This document shows positions 1-15,800 of a DNA stretch of 64,000 nucleotides, one piece after another. Under the pieces are notes generated by a model. It did no database searches. It saw only the letters and a program-made list of their open reading frames with translations, and was not told the DNA's origin. A program made the translations under genes and the position numbers. This stretch comes from Eledone cirrhosa. Taxonomy: Eukaryota. Every line of letters starts with the position of its first letter. Within the stretch, counting starts at the first letter, position 1. The stretch spans positions 19,406,001 through 19,470,000 of the forward strand of contig OZ024749.1 in assembly GCA_964016885.1 (NCBI GenBank), written 5' to 3'.

Positions 1-1171
1 ATCTATACACTGTTAATGACTGTATTTACACTATCTATACATTGTTAATGACTGTATTTACACTATCTATACACTGTTAATGACTGTATTTACACTATCT
101 ATACACTGTTAATAACTGTATTTACACTATCTATACACTGTTAATGACTGTATTTACACTATCTATACACTGTTAATGACTGTATTTACACTATCTATAC
201 ACTGTTAATGACTGTATTTACGCTATCTATACATTGTTAATGACTGTATTTACACTATCTATACACTGTTAATGACTGTATTTACACTATCTATACACTG
301 TTAATAACTGTATTTACACTATCTATACACTGTTAATGACTGTATTTACACTATCTATACACTGTTTATAACTGTATTTACACTATCTATACACTGTTAA
401 TAACTGTATTTACACTATCTATACACTGTTAATAACTGTATTTACACTATCTATACATTGTTAATGACTGTATTTACATTATTTATACACTGTTAATGAC
501 TGTATTTACACTATCTATACACTGTTAAGACTGTATTTACACTATCTATACACCGTTAATGACTGTATTTACACTATCTATACACTGTTAATAACTGTAT
601 TTACACTATCTATACACTGTTAATGACTGTATTTACACTATCTATACACCGTTAATGACTGTATTTACACTATCTATACACTGTTAATAACTGTATTTAC
701 ACTATCTATACACCGTTAATGACTGTATTTACATTATCTATACACTGTTAATGACTGTATTTACACTATCTATACACCGTTAATGACTGTATTTACATTA
801 TCTATACACTGTTAATGACTGTATTTACACTATCTATACACTGTTAATGACTGTATTTACACTATCTATACACCGTTAATGACTGTATTTACACTATCTA
901 TACACTGTTAATCACTGTATTTACACTATCTATACACTGTTAATGACTGTATTTACACTATCTATGCACTGTTAATGACTGGATTTACACTATCTATACA
1001 CTGTTAATGACTGTATTTACACTATCTATACACCGTTAATGACTGTATTTACACTATCTATACACTGTTAATCACTGTATTTACACTATCTATACACTGT
1101 TAATGACTGTATTTACACTATCTATACACTGTTAATAACTGTATTTACACTATCTATACACTGTTAATGAC

Positions 1172-4100
1172 TGTATTTACACTATCTATACACTGTTAAT
1201 GACTGTATTTACACTATCTATACACTGTTAATGACTGTATTTACACTATCTATTCATTGTTAATGACTGTATTTACACTATCTATACACTGTTAATGACT
1301 GTATTTACACTATCTATACACTGTTAATAACTGTATTTACACTATCTATACACTGTTAATGACTGTATTTACACTATCTATACACTGTTTATAACTGTAT
1401 TTACACTATCTATACACTGTTAATAACTGTATTTACACTATCTATACACTGTTAATAACTGTATTTACACTATCTATACATTGTTAATGACTGTATTTAC
1501 ACTATCTATACACTGTTAATAACTGTATTTACACTATCTATACACTGTTAATGACTGTATTTACACTATCTATACACTGTTAATAACTGTATTTACACTA
1601 TCTATACACTGTTAATAACTGTATTTACACTATCTATACACTGTTAATAACTGTATTTACACTATCTATACACTGTTAATAACTGTATTTACACTATCTA
1701 TACACTGTTAATAACTGTATTTACACTATCTATACACTGTTAATAACTGTATTTACACTATCTATACATTGTTAATGACTGTATTTACACTATCTATACA
1801 CTGTTAATAACTGTATTTACACTATCTATACACTGTTAATGACTGTATTTACACTATCTATACACTGTTAATAACTGTATTTACACTATCTATACACTGT
1901 TAATAACTGTATTTACACTATCTATACACTGTTAATAACTGTATTTACACTATCTATACACTGTTAATGACTGTATTTACACTATCTATACACTGTTAAT
2001 AACGGTATTTACACTATCTATACACTGTTAATAACTGTATTTACTCTATCTATACACTGTTAATAACTGTATTTACACTATCTATACACTGTTAATAACT
2101 GTATTTACACTATCTATACATTGTTAATGACTGTATTTACACTATTTATACACTGTTAATAACTGTATTTACACTATCTATACACTGTTAATGACTGTAT
2201 TTACACTATCTATACACTGTTAATAACTGTATTTACACTATCTATACACTGTTAATAACTGTATTTACACTATCTATACACTGTTAATAACTGTATTTAC
2301 ACTATCGATACATTGTTAATGACTGTATTTACACTATCTATACACTGTTAATGACTGTATTTACACTATCTATACACTGTTAATAACTGTATTTACACTA
2401 TCTATACATTGTTAATAACTGTATTTACACTATCTATACACTGTTAATGACTGTATTTACACTATCTATACACTGTTAATGACTGTATTTACACTATCTA
2501 TACACTGTTAATAACTGTATTTACACTATCTATACATTGTTAATATCTGTATTTACACTATCTATACATTGTTAATGACTATTTACACTATCTATACACT
2601 GTTAATGACTGTAGTTACACTATCTATACACTGTAAATAACTGTATTTACACTATCTATACATTGTTAATAACTGTATTTACACTATCTATACACTGTTA
2701 ATGACTGTATTTACACTATCTATGCACTGTTAATGACTGGATTTACACTATCTATACACTGTTAATGACAGTATTTACACTATCTATACATTGTTAATGA
2801 CTGTATTTACACTATCTATACACTGTTAATCACTGTATTTACACTATCTATACACTGTTAATGACTGTATTTACACTATCTATACACTGTTAATCACTGT
2901 ATTTACACTATCTATACACTGTTAATGACTGTATTTACACTATCTATACATTGTTAATGACTGTATTTACACTATCTATACATTGTTAATGACTGTATTT
3001 ACACTATCTATACACTGTTAATGACTGTATTTACACTATCTATACACTGTTAATGACTGTATTTACACTATCAAATACACTGTTAATGACTGTATTTACA
3101 TTATCTATACACTGTTAATGACTGTATTTACACTATCTATACACTGTTAATGACTGTATTTACACTATCTATACATTGTTAATGACTGTATTTACACTAT
3201 CTATACACTGTTAATGACTGTATTTACACTATCTATACACTGTTAATGACTGTATTTACACTATCTATACATTGTTAATGACGGTATTTACACTATCTAT
3301 ACACTGTTAATGACTGTATTTACACTATCTATACACTGTTAATGACTGTATTTACGCTATCTATACAATGTTAATGACTGTATTTACACTATCTATACAC
3401 TGTTAATGACTGTATTTACACTATCTATACACTGTTAATAACTGTATTTACACTATCTATACACTGTTAATAACTGTATTTACACTATCTATACACTGTT
3501 AATGACTGTATTTACACTATCTATACACTGTTAATGACTGTATTTACACTATCTATACACCGTCAATGACTGTATTTACATTATCTATACACTGATAATG
3601 ACTCTATTTACACTATCTATACACCGTTAATGACTGTATTTACATTATCTATACACTGTTAATGACTGTATTTACACTATCTATACACTGTTAATGACTG
3701 TATTTACACTATCTATACACCGTTAATGACTGTATTTACACTATCTATACACTGTTAATGACTGTATTTACACTATCTATACACTGTTAAGAACTGTATT
3801 TACACTATCTATACACTGTTATTGACTGTATTTACACTATCTATACACTGTTAATAACTGTATTTACACTATCTATACACTGTTAATAACTGTATTTACA
3901 CTATCTATACACTGTTAATAACTGTATTTACACTATCTATACATTGTTAATGACTGTATTTACACTATCTATACACTGTTATTGACTGTATTTACACTAT
4001 CTATACACTGTTAATGACTGTATTTACACTATCTATACACTGTTAATAACTGTATTTACACTATCTATACACTGTTAATGACTGTATTTACACTATCTAT

Positions 4101-6890
4101 ACACTGTTAATGACTGTATTTACACTATCTATTCATTGTTAATGACTGTATTTACACTATCTATACACTGTTAATGACTGTATTTACACTATCTATACAC
4201 TGTTAATAACTGTATTTACACTATCTATACACTGTTAATGACTGTATTTACACTATCTATACACTGTTTATAACTGTATTTACACTATCTATACACTGTT
4301 AATAACTGTATTTACACTATCTATACACTGTTAATAACTGTATTTACACTATCTATACATTGTTAATGACTGTATTTACACTATCTATACACTGTTAATA
4401 ACTGTATTTACACTATCTATACACTGTTAATGACTGTATTTACACTATCTATACACTGTTAATAACTGTATTTACACTATCTATACACTGTTAATAACTG
4501 TATTTACACTATCTATACACTGTTAATAACTGTATTTACACTATCTATACACTGTTAATAACTGTATTTACACTATCTATACACTGTTAATAACTGTATT
4601 TACACTATCTATACACTGTTAATAACTGTATTTACACTATCTATACATTGTTAATGACTGTATTTACACTATCTATACACTGTTAATAACTGTATTTACA
4701 CTATCTATACACTGTTAATGACTGTATTTACTCTATCTATACACTGTTAATAACTGTATTTACACTATCTATACACTGTTAATAACTGTATTTACACTAT
4801 CTATACACTGTTAATAACTGTATTTACACTATCTATACACTGTTAATGACTGTATTTACACTATCTATACACTGTTAATAACGGTATTTACACTATCTAT
4901 ACACTGTTAATAACTGTATTTACTCTATCTATACACTGTTAATAACTGTATTTACACTATCTATACACTGTTAATAACTGTATTTACACTATCTATACAT
5001 TGTTAATGACTGTATTTACACTATCTATACACTGTTAATAACTGTATTTACACTATCTATACACTGTTAATGACTGTATTTACACTATCTATACACTGTT
5101 AATAACTGTATTTACACTATCTATACACTGTTAATAACTGTATTTACACTATCTATACACTGTTAATAACTGTATTTACACTATCTATACATTGTTAATG
5201 ACTGTATTTACACTATCTATACACTGTTAATGACTGTATTTACACTATCTATACACTGTTAATAACTGTATTTACACTATCTATACATTGTTAATAACTG
5301 TATTTACACTATCTATACACTGTTAATGACTGTATTTACACTATCTATACACTGTTAATGACTGTATTTACACTATCTATACACTGTTAATAACTGTATT
5401 TACACTATCTATACATTGTTAATAACTGTATTTACACTATCTATACATTGTTAATGACTATTTACACTATCTATACACTGTTAATGACTGTAGTTACACT
5501 ATCTATACACTGTAAATAACTGTATTTACACTATCTATACATTGTTAATAACTGTATTTACACTATCTATACACTGTTAATGACTGTATTTACACTATCT
5601 ATGCACTGTTAATGACTGGATTTACACTATCTATACACTGTTAATGACAGTATTTACACTATCTATACATTGTTAATGACTGTATTTACACTATCTATAC
5701 ACTGTTAATCACTGTATTTACACTATCTATACACTGTTAATGACTGTATTTACACTATCTATACACTGTTAATCACTGTATTTACACTATCTATACACTG
5801 TTAATGACTGTATTTACACTATCTATACATTGTTAATGACTGTATTTACACTATCTATACATTGTTAATGACTGTATTTACACTATCTATACACTGTTAA
5901 TGACTGTATTTACACTATCTATACACTGTTAATGACTGTATTTACACTATCTATACACTGTTAATGACTGTATTTACATTATCTATACACTGTTAATGAC
6001 TGTATTTACACTATCTATACACTGTTAATGACTGTATTTACACTATCTATACATTGTTAATGACTGTATTTACACTATCTATACACTGTTAATGACTGTA
6101 TTTACACTATCTATACACTGTTAATGACTGTATTTACACTATCTATACATTGTTAATGACGGTATTTACACTATCTATACACTGTTAATGACTGTATTTA
6201 CACTATCTATACACTGTTAATGACTGTATTTACGCTATCTATACACTGTTAATGACTGTATTTACACTATCTATACACTGTTAATGACTGTATTTACACT
6301 ATCTATACACTGTTAATAACTGTATTTACACTATCTATACACTGTTAATAACTGTATTTACACTATCTATACACTGTTAATGACTGTATTTACACTATCT
6401 ATACACTGTTAATGACTGTATTTACACTATCTATACACCGTCAATGACTGTATTTACATTATCTATACACTGATAATGACTCTATTTACACTATCTATAC
6501 ACCGTTAATGACTGTATTTACATTATCTATACACTGTTAATGACTGTATTTACACTATCTATACACTGTTAATGACTGTATTTACACTATCTATACACCG
6601 TTAATGGCTGTATTTACACTATCTATACACTGTTAATGACTGTATTTACACTATCTATACACTGTTAAGAACTGTATTTACACTATCTATACACTGTTAT
6701 TGACTGTATTTACACTATCTATACACTGTTAATAACTGTATTTACACTATCTATACACTGTTAATAACTGTATTTACACTATCTATACACTGTTAATAAC
6801 TGTATTTACACTATCTATACATTGTTAATGACTGTATTTACACTATCTATACACTGTTATTGACTGTATTTACACCATCTATACACTGTT
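1172..6890. repeat. Tandem duplication of a 90-monomer block (period 2,878-2,879 bp), 2 copies
   Basis: Landmark pairs: attcattg 1252/4131, aacggt (c) 2003/4882, cgtcaatg 3561/6439, gaactg 3791/6669, attgac 3981/6859. 90x32 minus one 2-bp deletion = 2878; the extra 1 bp comes from the tcaaatac insertion near 3073. Confidence 0.9.
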
Positions 6891-9800
6891 AATAACTGTA
6901 TTTACACTATCTATACATTGTTAATAACTGTATTTACACTATCTATACACTGTTAATGACTGTATTTACACTATCTATACACTGTTAATGACTGTATTTA
7001 CACTATCTATACACTGTTAATAACTGTATTTACACTATCTATACATTGTTAATAACTGTATTTACACTATCTATACATTGTTAATGACTGTATTTACACT
7101 ATCTATACACTGTTAATGACTGTATTTACACTATCTATACACTGTAAATAACTGTATTTACACTATCTATACATTGTTAATAACTGTATTTACACTATCT
7201 ATACACTGTTAATGACTGTATTTACACTATCTATACACTGTCAATGACTGTATTTACACTATCTATACATTGTTAATGACTGTATTTACACTATCTATAT
7301 ACTGTTAATGACCGTATTTACACTATCTATACATTGTTAATGACTGTATTTACACTATCTATACACTGTTAATGACTGTATTTACACTATTTATATACTG
7401 TTAATAACTGTATTTACACTATCTATACACTGTTTATCACTGTATTTACACTATCTATACACTGTTAATGACTGTATTTACACTATCTATACACTGTTAA
7501 TAACTGTATTTACACTATCTATACATTGTTAATGACTGTATTTACACTATCTATACACTGTTAATGACTGTATTTACACTATCTATACACTGTTAATGCC
7601 TGTATTTACACTATCTATACACCGTTAATGACTGTATTTACACTATCTATACACTGTTAATCACTGTATTTACACTATCTATACACTGTTAATGACTGTA
7701 TTTACACTATCTATGCACTGTTAATGACTGTATTTACACTATCTATACACTGTTTATAACTGTATTTACACTATCTATACACTGTTAATAACTGTATTTA
7801 CACTATCTATACACTGTTAATGACTGTATTTACACTATTTATATACTGTTAATAACTGTATTTACACTATCTATACACTGTTAATGACTGCATTTACACT
7901 ATCTATACACTGTTAATGACTGTATTTACACTATCTATACACTGTTAATAACTGTATTTACACTATCTATACATTGTTAATAACTGTATTTACACTATCT
8001 ATACACTGTTAATGACTGTATTTACACTATCTATACATTGTTAGTGACTGTATTTACACTATCTATACACTGTTAATAACTGTATTTACACTATCTATAC
8101 ATTGTTAATAACTGTATTTACACTATCTATACATTGTTAATAACTGTATTTACACTATCTATACATTGTTAATGACTGTATTTACACTATCTATACACTG
8201 TTAATGACTGTATTTACACTATCTATACACTGTTAATGACTGTATTTACACTATCTATACATTGTTAATGACTGTATTTACACTATCTATACACTGTTAA
8301 TGACTGTATTTACACTATCTATACACTGTTAATGACTGTATTTACACTATCTATACATTGTTAATGACTGTATTTACACTATCTATACACTGTTAATGAC
8401 TGTATTTACACTATCTATACACTGTTAATGACTGTATTTACGCTATCTATACACTGTTAATGACTGTATTTACACTATCTATACACTGTTAATGACTGTA
8501 TTTATACTATCTATACACTGTTAATAACTGTATTTACACTATCTATACACTGTTAATAACTGTATTTACACTATCTATACACTGTTAATGACTGTATTTA
8601 CACTATCTATACACTGTTAATGACTGTATTTACACTATCTATAAACCGTTAATGACTGTATTTACATTATCTATACACTGTTAATGACTCTATTTACACT
8701 ATCTATACACCGTTAATGACTGTATTTACATTATCTATACACTGTTAATGACTGTATTTACACTATCTATACACTGTTACTGACTGTATTTACACTATCT
8801 ATACACTGTTAATAACTGTATTTACACTATCTATACACTGTTATTGACTGTATTTACACTATCTATACACTGTTAATAACTGTATTTACACTATCCATAC
8901 ACTGTTAATAACTGTATTTACACTATCTATACACTGTTAATAACTGTATTTACACTATCTATACATTGTTAATGACTGTATTTACACTATCGATACACTG
9001 TTATTGACTGTATTTACACTATCTATACACTGTTAATAACTGTATTTACACTATCTATACATTGTTAATAACTGTATTTACACTATCTATACACTGTTAA
9101 TGACTGTATTTACACTATCTATACACTGTTAATGACTGTATTTACACTATCTATACACTGTTAATAACTGTATTTACACTACCTATACATTGTTAATAAC
9201 TGTATTTACACTATCTATACATTGTTAATGACTGTATTTACACTATCTATACACTGTTAATGACTGTATTTACACTATCTATACACTGTTAATAACTGTA
9301 TTTACACTATCTATACACTGTTAATGACTGTATTTACACTATCTATACACTGTTAATGACTGTATTTACACTATCTATACACCGTTAATGACTGTATTTA
9401 CATTATCTATACACTGTTAATGACTGTATTTACACTATCTATACACTGTTAATGACTGTATTTACACTATCTATACACTGTTAATAACTGTATTTACACT
9501 GTTAATAACTGTATTTACACTATCTATACACTGTTAATGACTGTATTTACACTATCTATACATTGTTAATGACTGTATTTACACTATCTATACATTGTTA
9601 ATGACTGTATTTACACTATCTATACATTGTTAATGACTGTATTTACACTATCTATACACTGTTAATGACTGTATTTACACTATCTATACACTGTTAATGA
9701 CTGTATTTACACTATCTATACACTGTTAATGACTGTATTTACACTATCTATACACTGTTAATGACTGTATTTACACTATCTATACACTGTTAATGACTGT

Positions 9801-12800
9801 ATTTACACTATCTATACACCGTTAATGACTGTATTTACACTATCTATACACTGTTAATGACTGTATTAACATTATCTATACACTGTTAATGACTATTTAC
9901 ACTATCTATACACCGTTAATGACTGTATTTACACTATCTATACACCGTTAATGACTGTATTTACACTATCTATACACTGTTAATGACTGTATTTACACTA
10001 TCTATACACCGTTAATGACTGTATTTACACTATCTATACACTGTTAATGACTGTATTTACACTATCTATACGCTGTTAATGACTGTATTTACGCTATCTA
10101 TACACTGTTAATGACTGTATTTACACTATCTATACACTGTTAATGACTGTATTTATACTATCTATACACTGTTAATAACTGTATTTACACTATCTATACA
10201 CTGTTAATAACTGTATTTACACTATCTATACACTGTTAATGACTGTATTTACACTATCTATACACTGTTAATGACTGTATTTACACTATCTATACACCGT
10301 TAATGACTGTATTTACATTATCTATACACTGTTAATGACTATTTACACTATCTATACACTGTTAATAACTGTATTTACACTATCCATACACTGTTAATAA
10401 CTGTATTTACACTATCTATACACTGTTAATAACTGTATTTACACTATCTATACATTGTTAATGACTGTATTTACACTATCTATACACTGTTATTGACTGT
10501 ATTTACACTATCTATACACTGTTAATAACTGTATTTATACTATCTATACATTGTTAATAACTGTATTTACACTATCTATACACTGTTAATGACTGTATTT
10601 ACACTATCTATACACTGTTAATGACTGTATTTACACTATCTATACACTGTTAATAACTGTATTTACACTACCTATACATTGTTAATAACTGTATTTACAC
10701 TATCTATACATTGTTAATGACTGTATTTACACTATCTATACACTGTTAATGACTGTATTTACACTATCTATACACTGTTAATAACTGTATTTACACTATC
10801 TATACACTGTTAATAACTGTATTTACACTATCTATACACTGTTAATAACTGTATTTACACTATCTATACACTGTTAATGACTGTATTTACACTATCTATA
10901 CATTGTTAATGACTGTATTTACACTATCTATACATTGTTAATGACTGTATTTACACTATCTATACATTGTTAATGACTGTATTTACACTATCTATGCACT
11001 GTTAATGACTGGATTTACACTATCTATACACTGTTAATGACTGTATTTACACTATCTATACATTGTTAATGACTGTATTTACACTATCTATACACTGTTA
11101 ATCACTGTATTTACACTATCTATACACTGTTAATGACTGTATTTACACTATCTATACACTGTTAATCACTCTATTTACACTATCTATACACTGTTAATGA
11201 CTGTATTTACACTATCTATACATTGTTAATGACTGTATTTACACTAACTATACATTGTTAATGACTGTATTTACACTATCTATACACTGTTAATGACTGT
11301 ATTTACACTATCTATACACTGTTAATGACTGTATTTACACTATCTATACATTGTTAATGACTGTATTTACACTATCTATACACTGTTAATGACTGTATTT
11401 ACACTATCTATACACTGTTAATGACTGTATTTACACTATCTATACACTGTTAATAACTGTATTTACACTATACACTGTTAATAACTGTATTTACACTATC
11501 TATACACTGTTAATGACTGTATTTACACTATCTATACACTGTTAATGACTGTATTTACACTATCTATACACCGTTAATGACTGTATTTACATTATCGATA
11601 CACTGTTAATGACTCTATTTACATTATCGATACACTGTTAATGACTGTATTTACACTATCTATACACCGTTAATGACTGTATTTACACTATCTATACACT
11701 GTTACTGACTGTATTTACACTATCTATACACTGTTAATAACTGTATTTACACTATCTATACACTGTTATTGACTGTATTTACACTATCTATACACTGTTA
11801 ATAACTGTATTTACACTATCCATACACTGTTAATAACTGTATTTACACTATCTATACACTGTTAATAACTGTATTTACACTATCTATACATTGTTAATGA
11901 CTGTATTTACACTATCTATACACTGTTATTGACTGTATTTACACTATCTATACACTGTTAATAACTGTATTTACACTATCTATACATTGTTAATAACTGT
12001 ATTTACACTATCTATACACTGTTAATGACTGTATTTACACTATCTATACACTGTTAATGACTGTATTTACACTATCTATACACTGTTAATAACTGTATTT
12101 ACACTATCTATACATTGTTAATAACTGTATTTACACTATCTATACATTGTTAATGACTGTATTTACACTATCTATACACTGTTAATGACTGTATTTACAC
12201 TATCTATACACTGTTAATAACTGTATTTACACTATCTATACACTGTTAATGACTGTATTTACACTATCTATACACTGTTAATGACTGTATTTACACTATC
12301 TATACACCGTTAATGACTGTATTTACATTATCTATACACTGTTAATGACTGTATTTACACTATCTATACACTGTTAATGACTGTATTTACACTATCTATA
12401 CACTGTTAATAACTGTATTTACACTGTTAATAACTGTATTTACACTATCTATACACTGTTAATGACTGTATTTACACTATCTATACATTGTTAATGACTG
12501 TATTTACACTATCTATACATTGTTAATGACTGTATTTACACTATCTATACATTGTTAATGACTGTATTTACACTATACACTGTTAATGACTGTATTTACA
12601 CTATCTATACATTGTTAATGACTGTATTTACACTATCTATACACTGTTAATGACTGCATTTACACTATCTATACACTGTTAATGACTGTATTTACACTAT
12701 CTATACACTGTTAATGACTGTATTTACACTATCTATACACTGTTAATAACTGTATTTACACGGTTAATAACTGTATTTACACTATCTATACACTGTTAAT

Positions 12801-15800
12801 GACTGTATTTACACTACTATCTATACATTGTTAATGACTGTATTTACACTATCTATACATTGTTAATGACTGTATTTACACTATCTATACACTGTTAATG
12901 ACTGTATTTACACTATCTATACACTGTTAATGACTGTATTTACACTATCTATACACTGTTAATGACTGTATTTACACTATCTATACACTGTTAATGACTG
13001 TATTTACACTATCTATACACTGTTAATGACTGTATTTACACTATCTATACACCGTTAATGACTGTATTTACACTATCTATACACTGTTAATGACTGTATT
13101 AACATTATCTATACACTGTTAATGACTATTTACACTATCTATACACCGTTAATGACTGTATTTACACTATCTATACACCGTTAATGACTGTATTTACACT
13201 ATCTATACACTGTTAATGACTGTATTTACACTATCTATACACCGTTAATGACTGTATTTACACTATCTATACACTGTTAATGACTGTATTTACACTATCT
13301 ATACACTGTTAATGACTGTATTTACGCTATCTATACACTGTTAATGACTGTATTTACACTATCTATACACTGTTAATGACTGTATTTATACTATCTATAC
13401 ACTGTTAATAACTGTATTTACACTATCTATACACTGTTAATAACTGTATTTACACTATCTATACACTGTTAATGACTGTATTTACACTATCTATACACTG
13501 TTAATGACTGTATTTACACTATCTATACACCGTTAATGACTGTATTTACATTATCTATACACTGTTAATGACTATTTACACTATCTATACACCGTTAATG
13601 ACTGTATTTACATTATCTATACACTGTTAATGACTGTATTTACACTATCTATACACTGTTAATGACTGTATTTACACTATCTATACACCGTTAATGACTG
13701 TATTTACACTATCTATACACTGTTACTGACTGTATTTACACTATCTATACAATGTTAATAACTGTATTTACACTATCTATACACTGTTATTGACTGTATT
13801 TACACTATCTATACACTGTTAATAACTGTATTTACACTATCCATACACTGTTAATAACTGTATTTACACTATCTATACACTGTTAATAACTGTATTTACA
13901 CTATCTATACATTGTTAATGACTGTATTTACACTATCTATACACTGTTAATGACTGTATTTACACTATCTATACACTGTTAATAACTGTATTTACACTAT
14001 CTATACACTGTTAATAACTGTATTTACACTATCTATACACTGTTAATAACTGTATTTACACTATCTATACACTGTTAATGACTGTATTTACACTATCTAT
14101 ACATTGTTAATGACTGTATTTACACTATCTATACATTGTTAATGACTGTATTTACACTATCTATACATTGTTAATGACTGTATTTACACTATCTATGCAC
14201 TGTTAATGACTGGATTTACACTATCTATACACTGTTAATGACTGTATTTACACTATCTATACATTGTTAATGACTGTATTTACACTATCTATACACTGTT
14301 AATCACTGTATTTACACTATCTATACACTGTTAATGACTGTATTTACACTATCTATACACTGTTAATCACTCTATTTACACTATCTATACACTGTTAATG
14401 ACTGTATTTACACTATCTATACATTGTTAATGACTGTATTTACACTATCTATACATTGTTAATGACTGTATTTACACTATCTATACACTGTTAATGACTG
14501 TATTTACACTATCTATACACTGTTAATGACTGTATTTACACTATCTATACATTGTTAATGACTGTATTTACACTATCTATACACTGTTAATGACTGTATT
14601 TACACTATCTATACACTGTTAATGACTGTATTTACACTATCTATACACTGTTAATAACTGTATTTACACTATCTATACACTGTTAATAACTGTATTTACA
14701 CTATCTATACACTGTTAATGACTGTATTTACACTATCTATACACTGTTAATGACTGTATTTACACTATCTATACACCGTTAATGACTGTATTTACATTAT
14801 CGATACACTGTTAATGACTCTATTTACACTATCTATACACCGTTAATGACTGTATTTACATTATCTATACACTGTTAATGACTGTATTTACACTATCTAT
14901 ACACTGTTAATGACTGTATTTACACTATCTATACACCGTTAATGACTGTATTTACACTATCTATACACTGTTACTGACTGTATTTACACTATCTATACAC
15001 TGTTAATAACTGTATTTACACTATCTATACACTGTTATTGACTGTATTTACACTATCTATACACTGTTATTAACTGTATTTACACTATCCATACACTGTT
15101 AATAACTGTATTTACACTATCTATACGCCGTTAATGACTGTATTTACATTATCTATACACTGTTAATGACTGTATTTACACTATCTATACACTGTTAATG
15201 ACTGTATTTACACTATCTATACACTGTTAATAACTGTATTTACACTGTTAATAACTGTATTTACACTATCTATACACTGTTAATGACTGTATTTACACTA
15301 TCTATACATTGTTAATGACTGTATTTACACTATCTATACATTGTTAATGACTGTATTTACACTATCTATACATTGTTAATGACTGTATTTACACTATACA
15401 CTGTTAATGACTGTATTTACACTATCTATACATTGTTAATGACTGTATTTACACTATCTATACACTGTTAATGACTGCATTTACACTATCTATACACTGT
15501 TAATGACTGTATTTACACTATCTAAACACTGTTAATGACTGTATTTACACTATCTATACACTGTTAATGACTGTATTTACACTATCTATACACTGTTAAT
15601 GACTGTATTTACACTATCTATACACCGTTAATGACTGTATTTATGCTATCTATACACTGTTAATGACTGTATTAACATTATCTATACACTGTTAATGACT
15701 GTATTTACACTATCTATACACTGTTAATGACTGTATTTACACTATCTATACACTGTTAATGACTGTATTTACACTATCTATACATTGTTAATGACTGTAT

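Noticed and set aside
5-30. Hairpin/palindrome elements (ATACA...TGTAT; TGTA-TT-TACA; TTAA)
   Set aside because: Stems are only 4-5 bp and AT-rich, which is expected by chance and too weak to call a terminator or structured RNA.
16-48. Repeated micro-ORF ATG...TAA (MTVFTLSIHC in consensus; one substitution in this copy)
   Set aside because: It is a chance product of the repeat. The commonest variant, G18A, destroys the ATG, and there is no evidence of promoter, translation signals or constraint.
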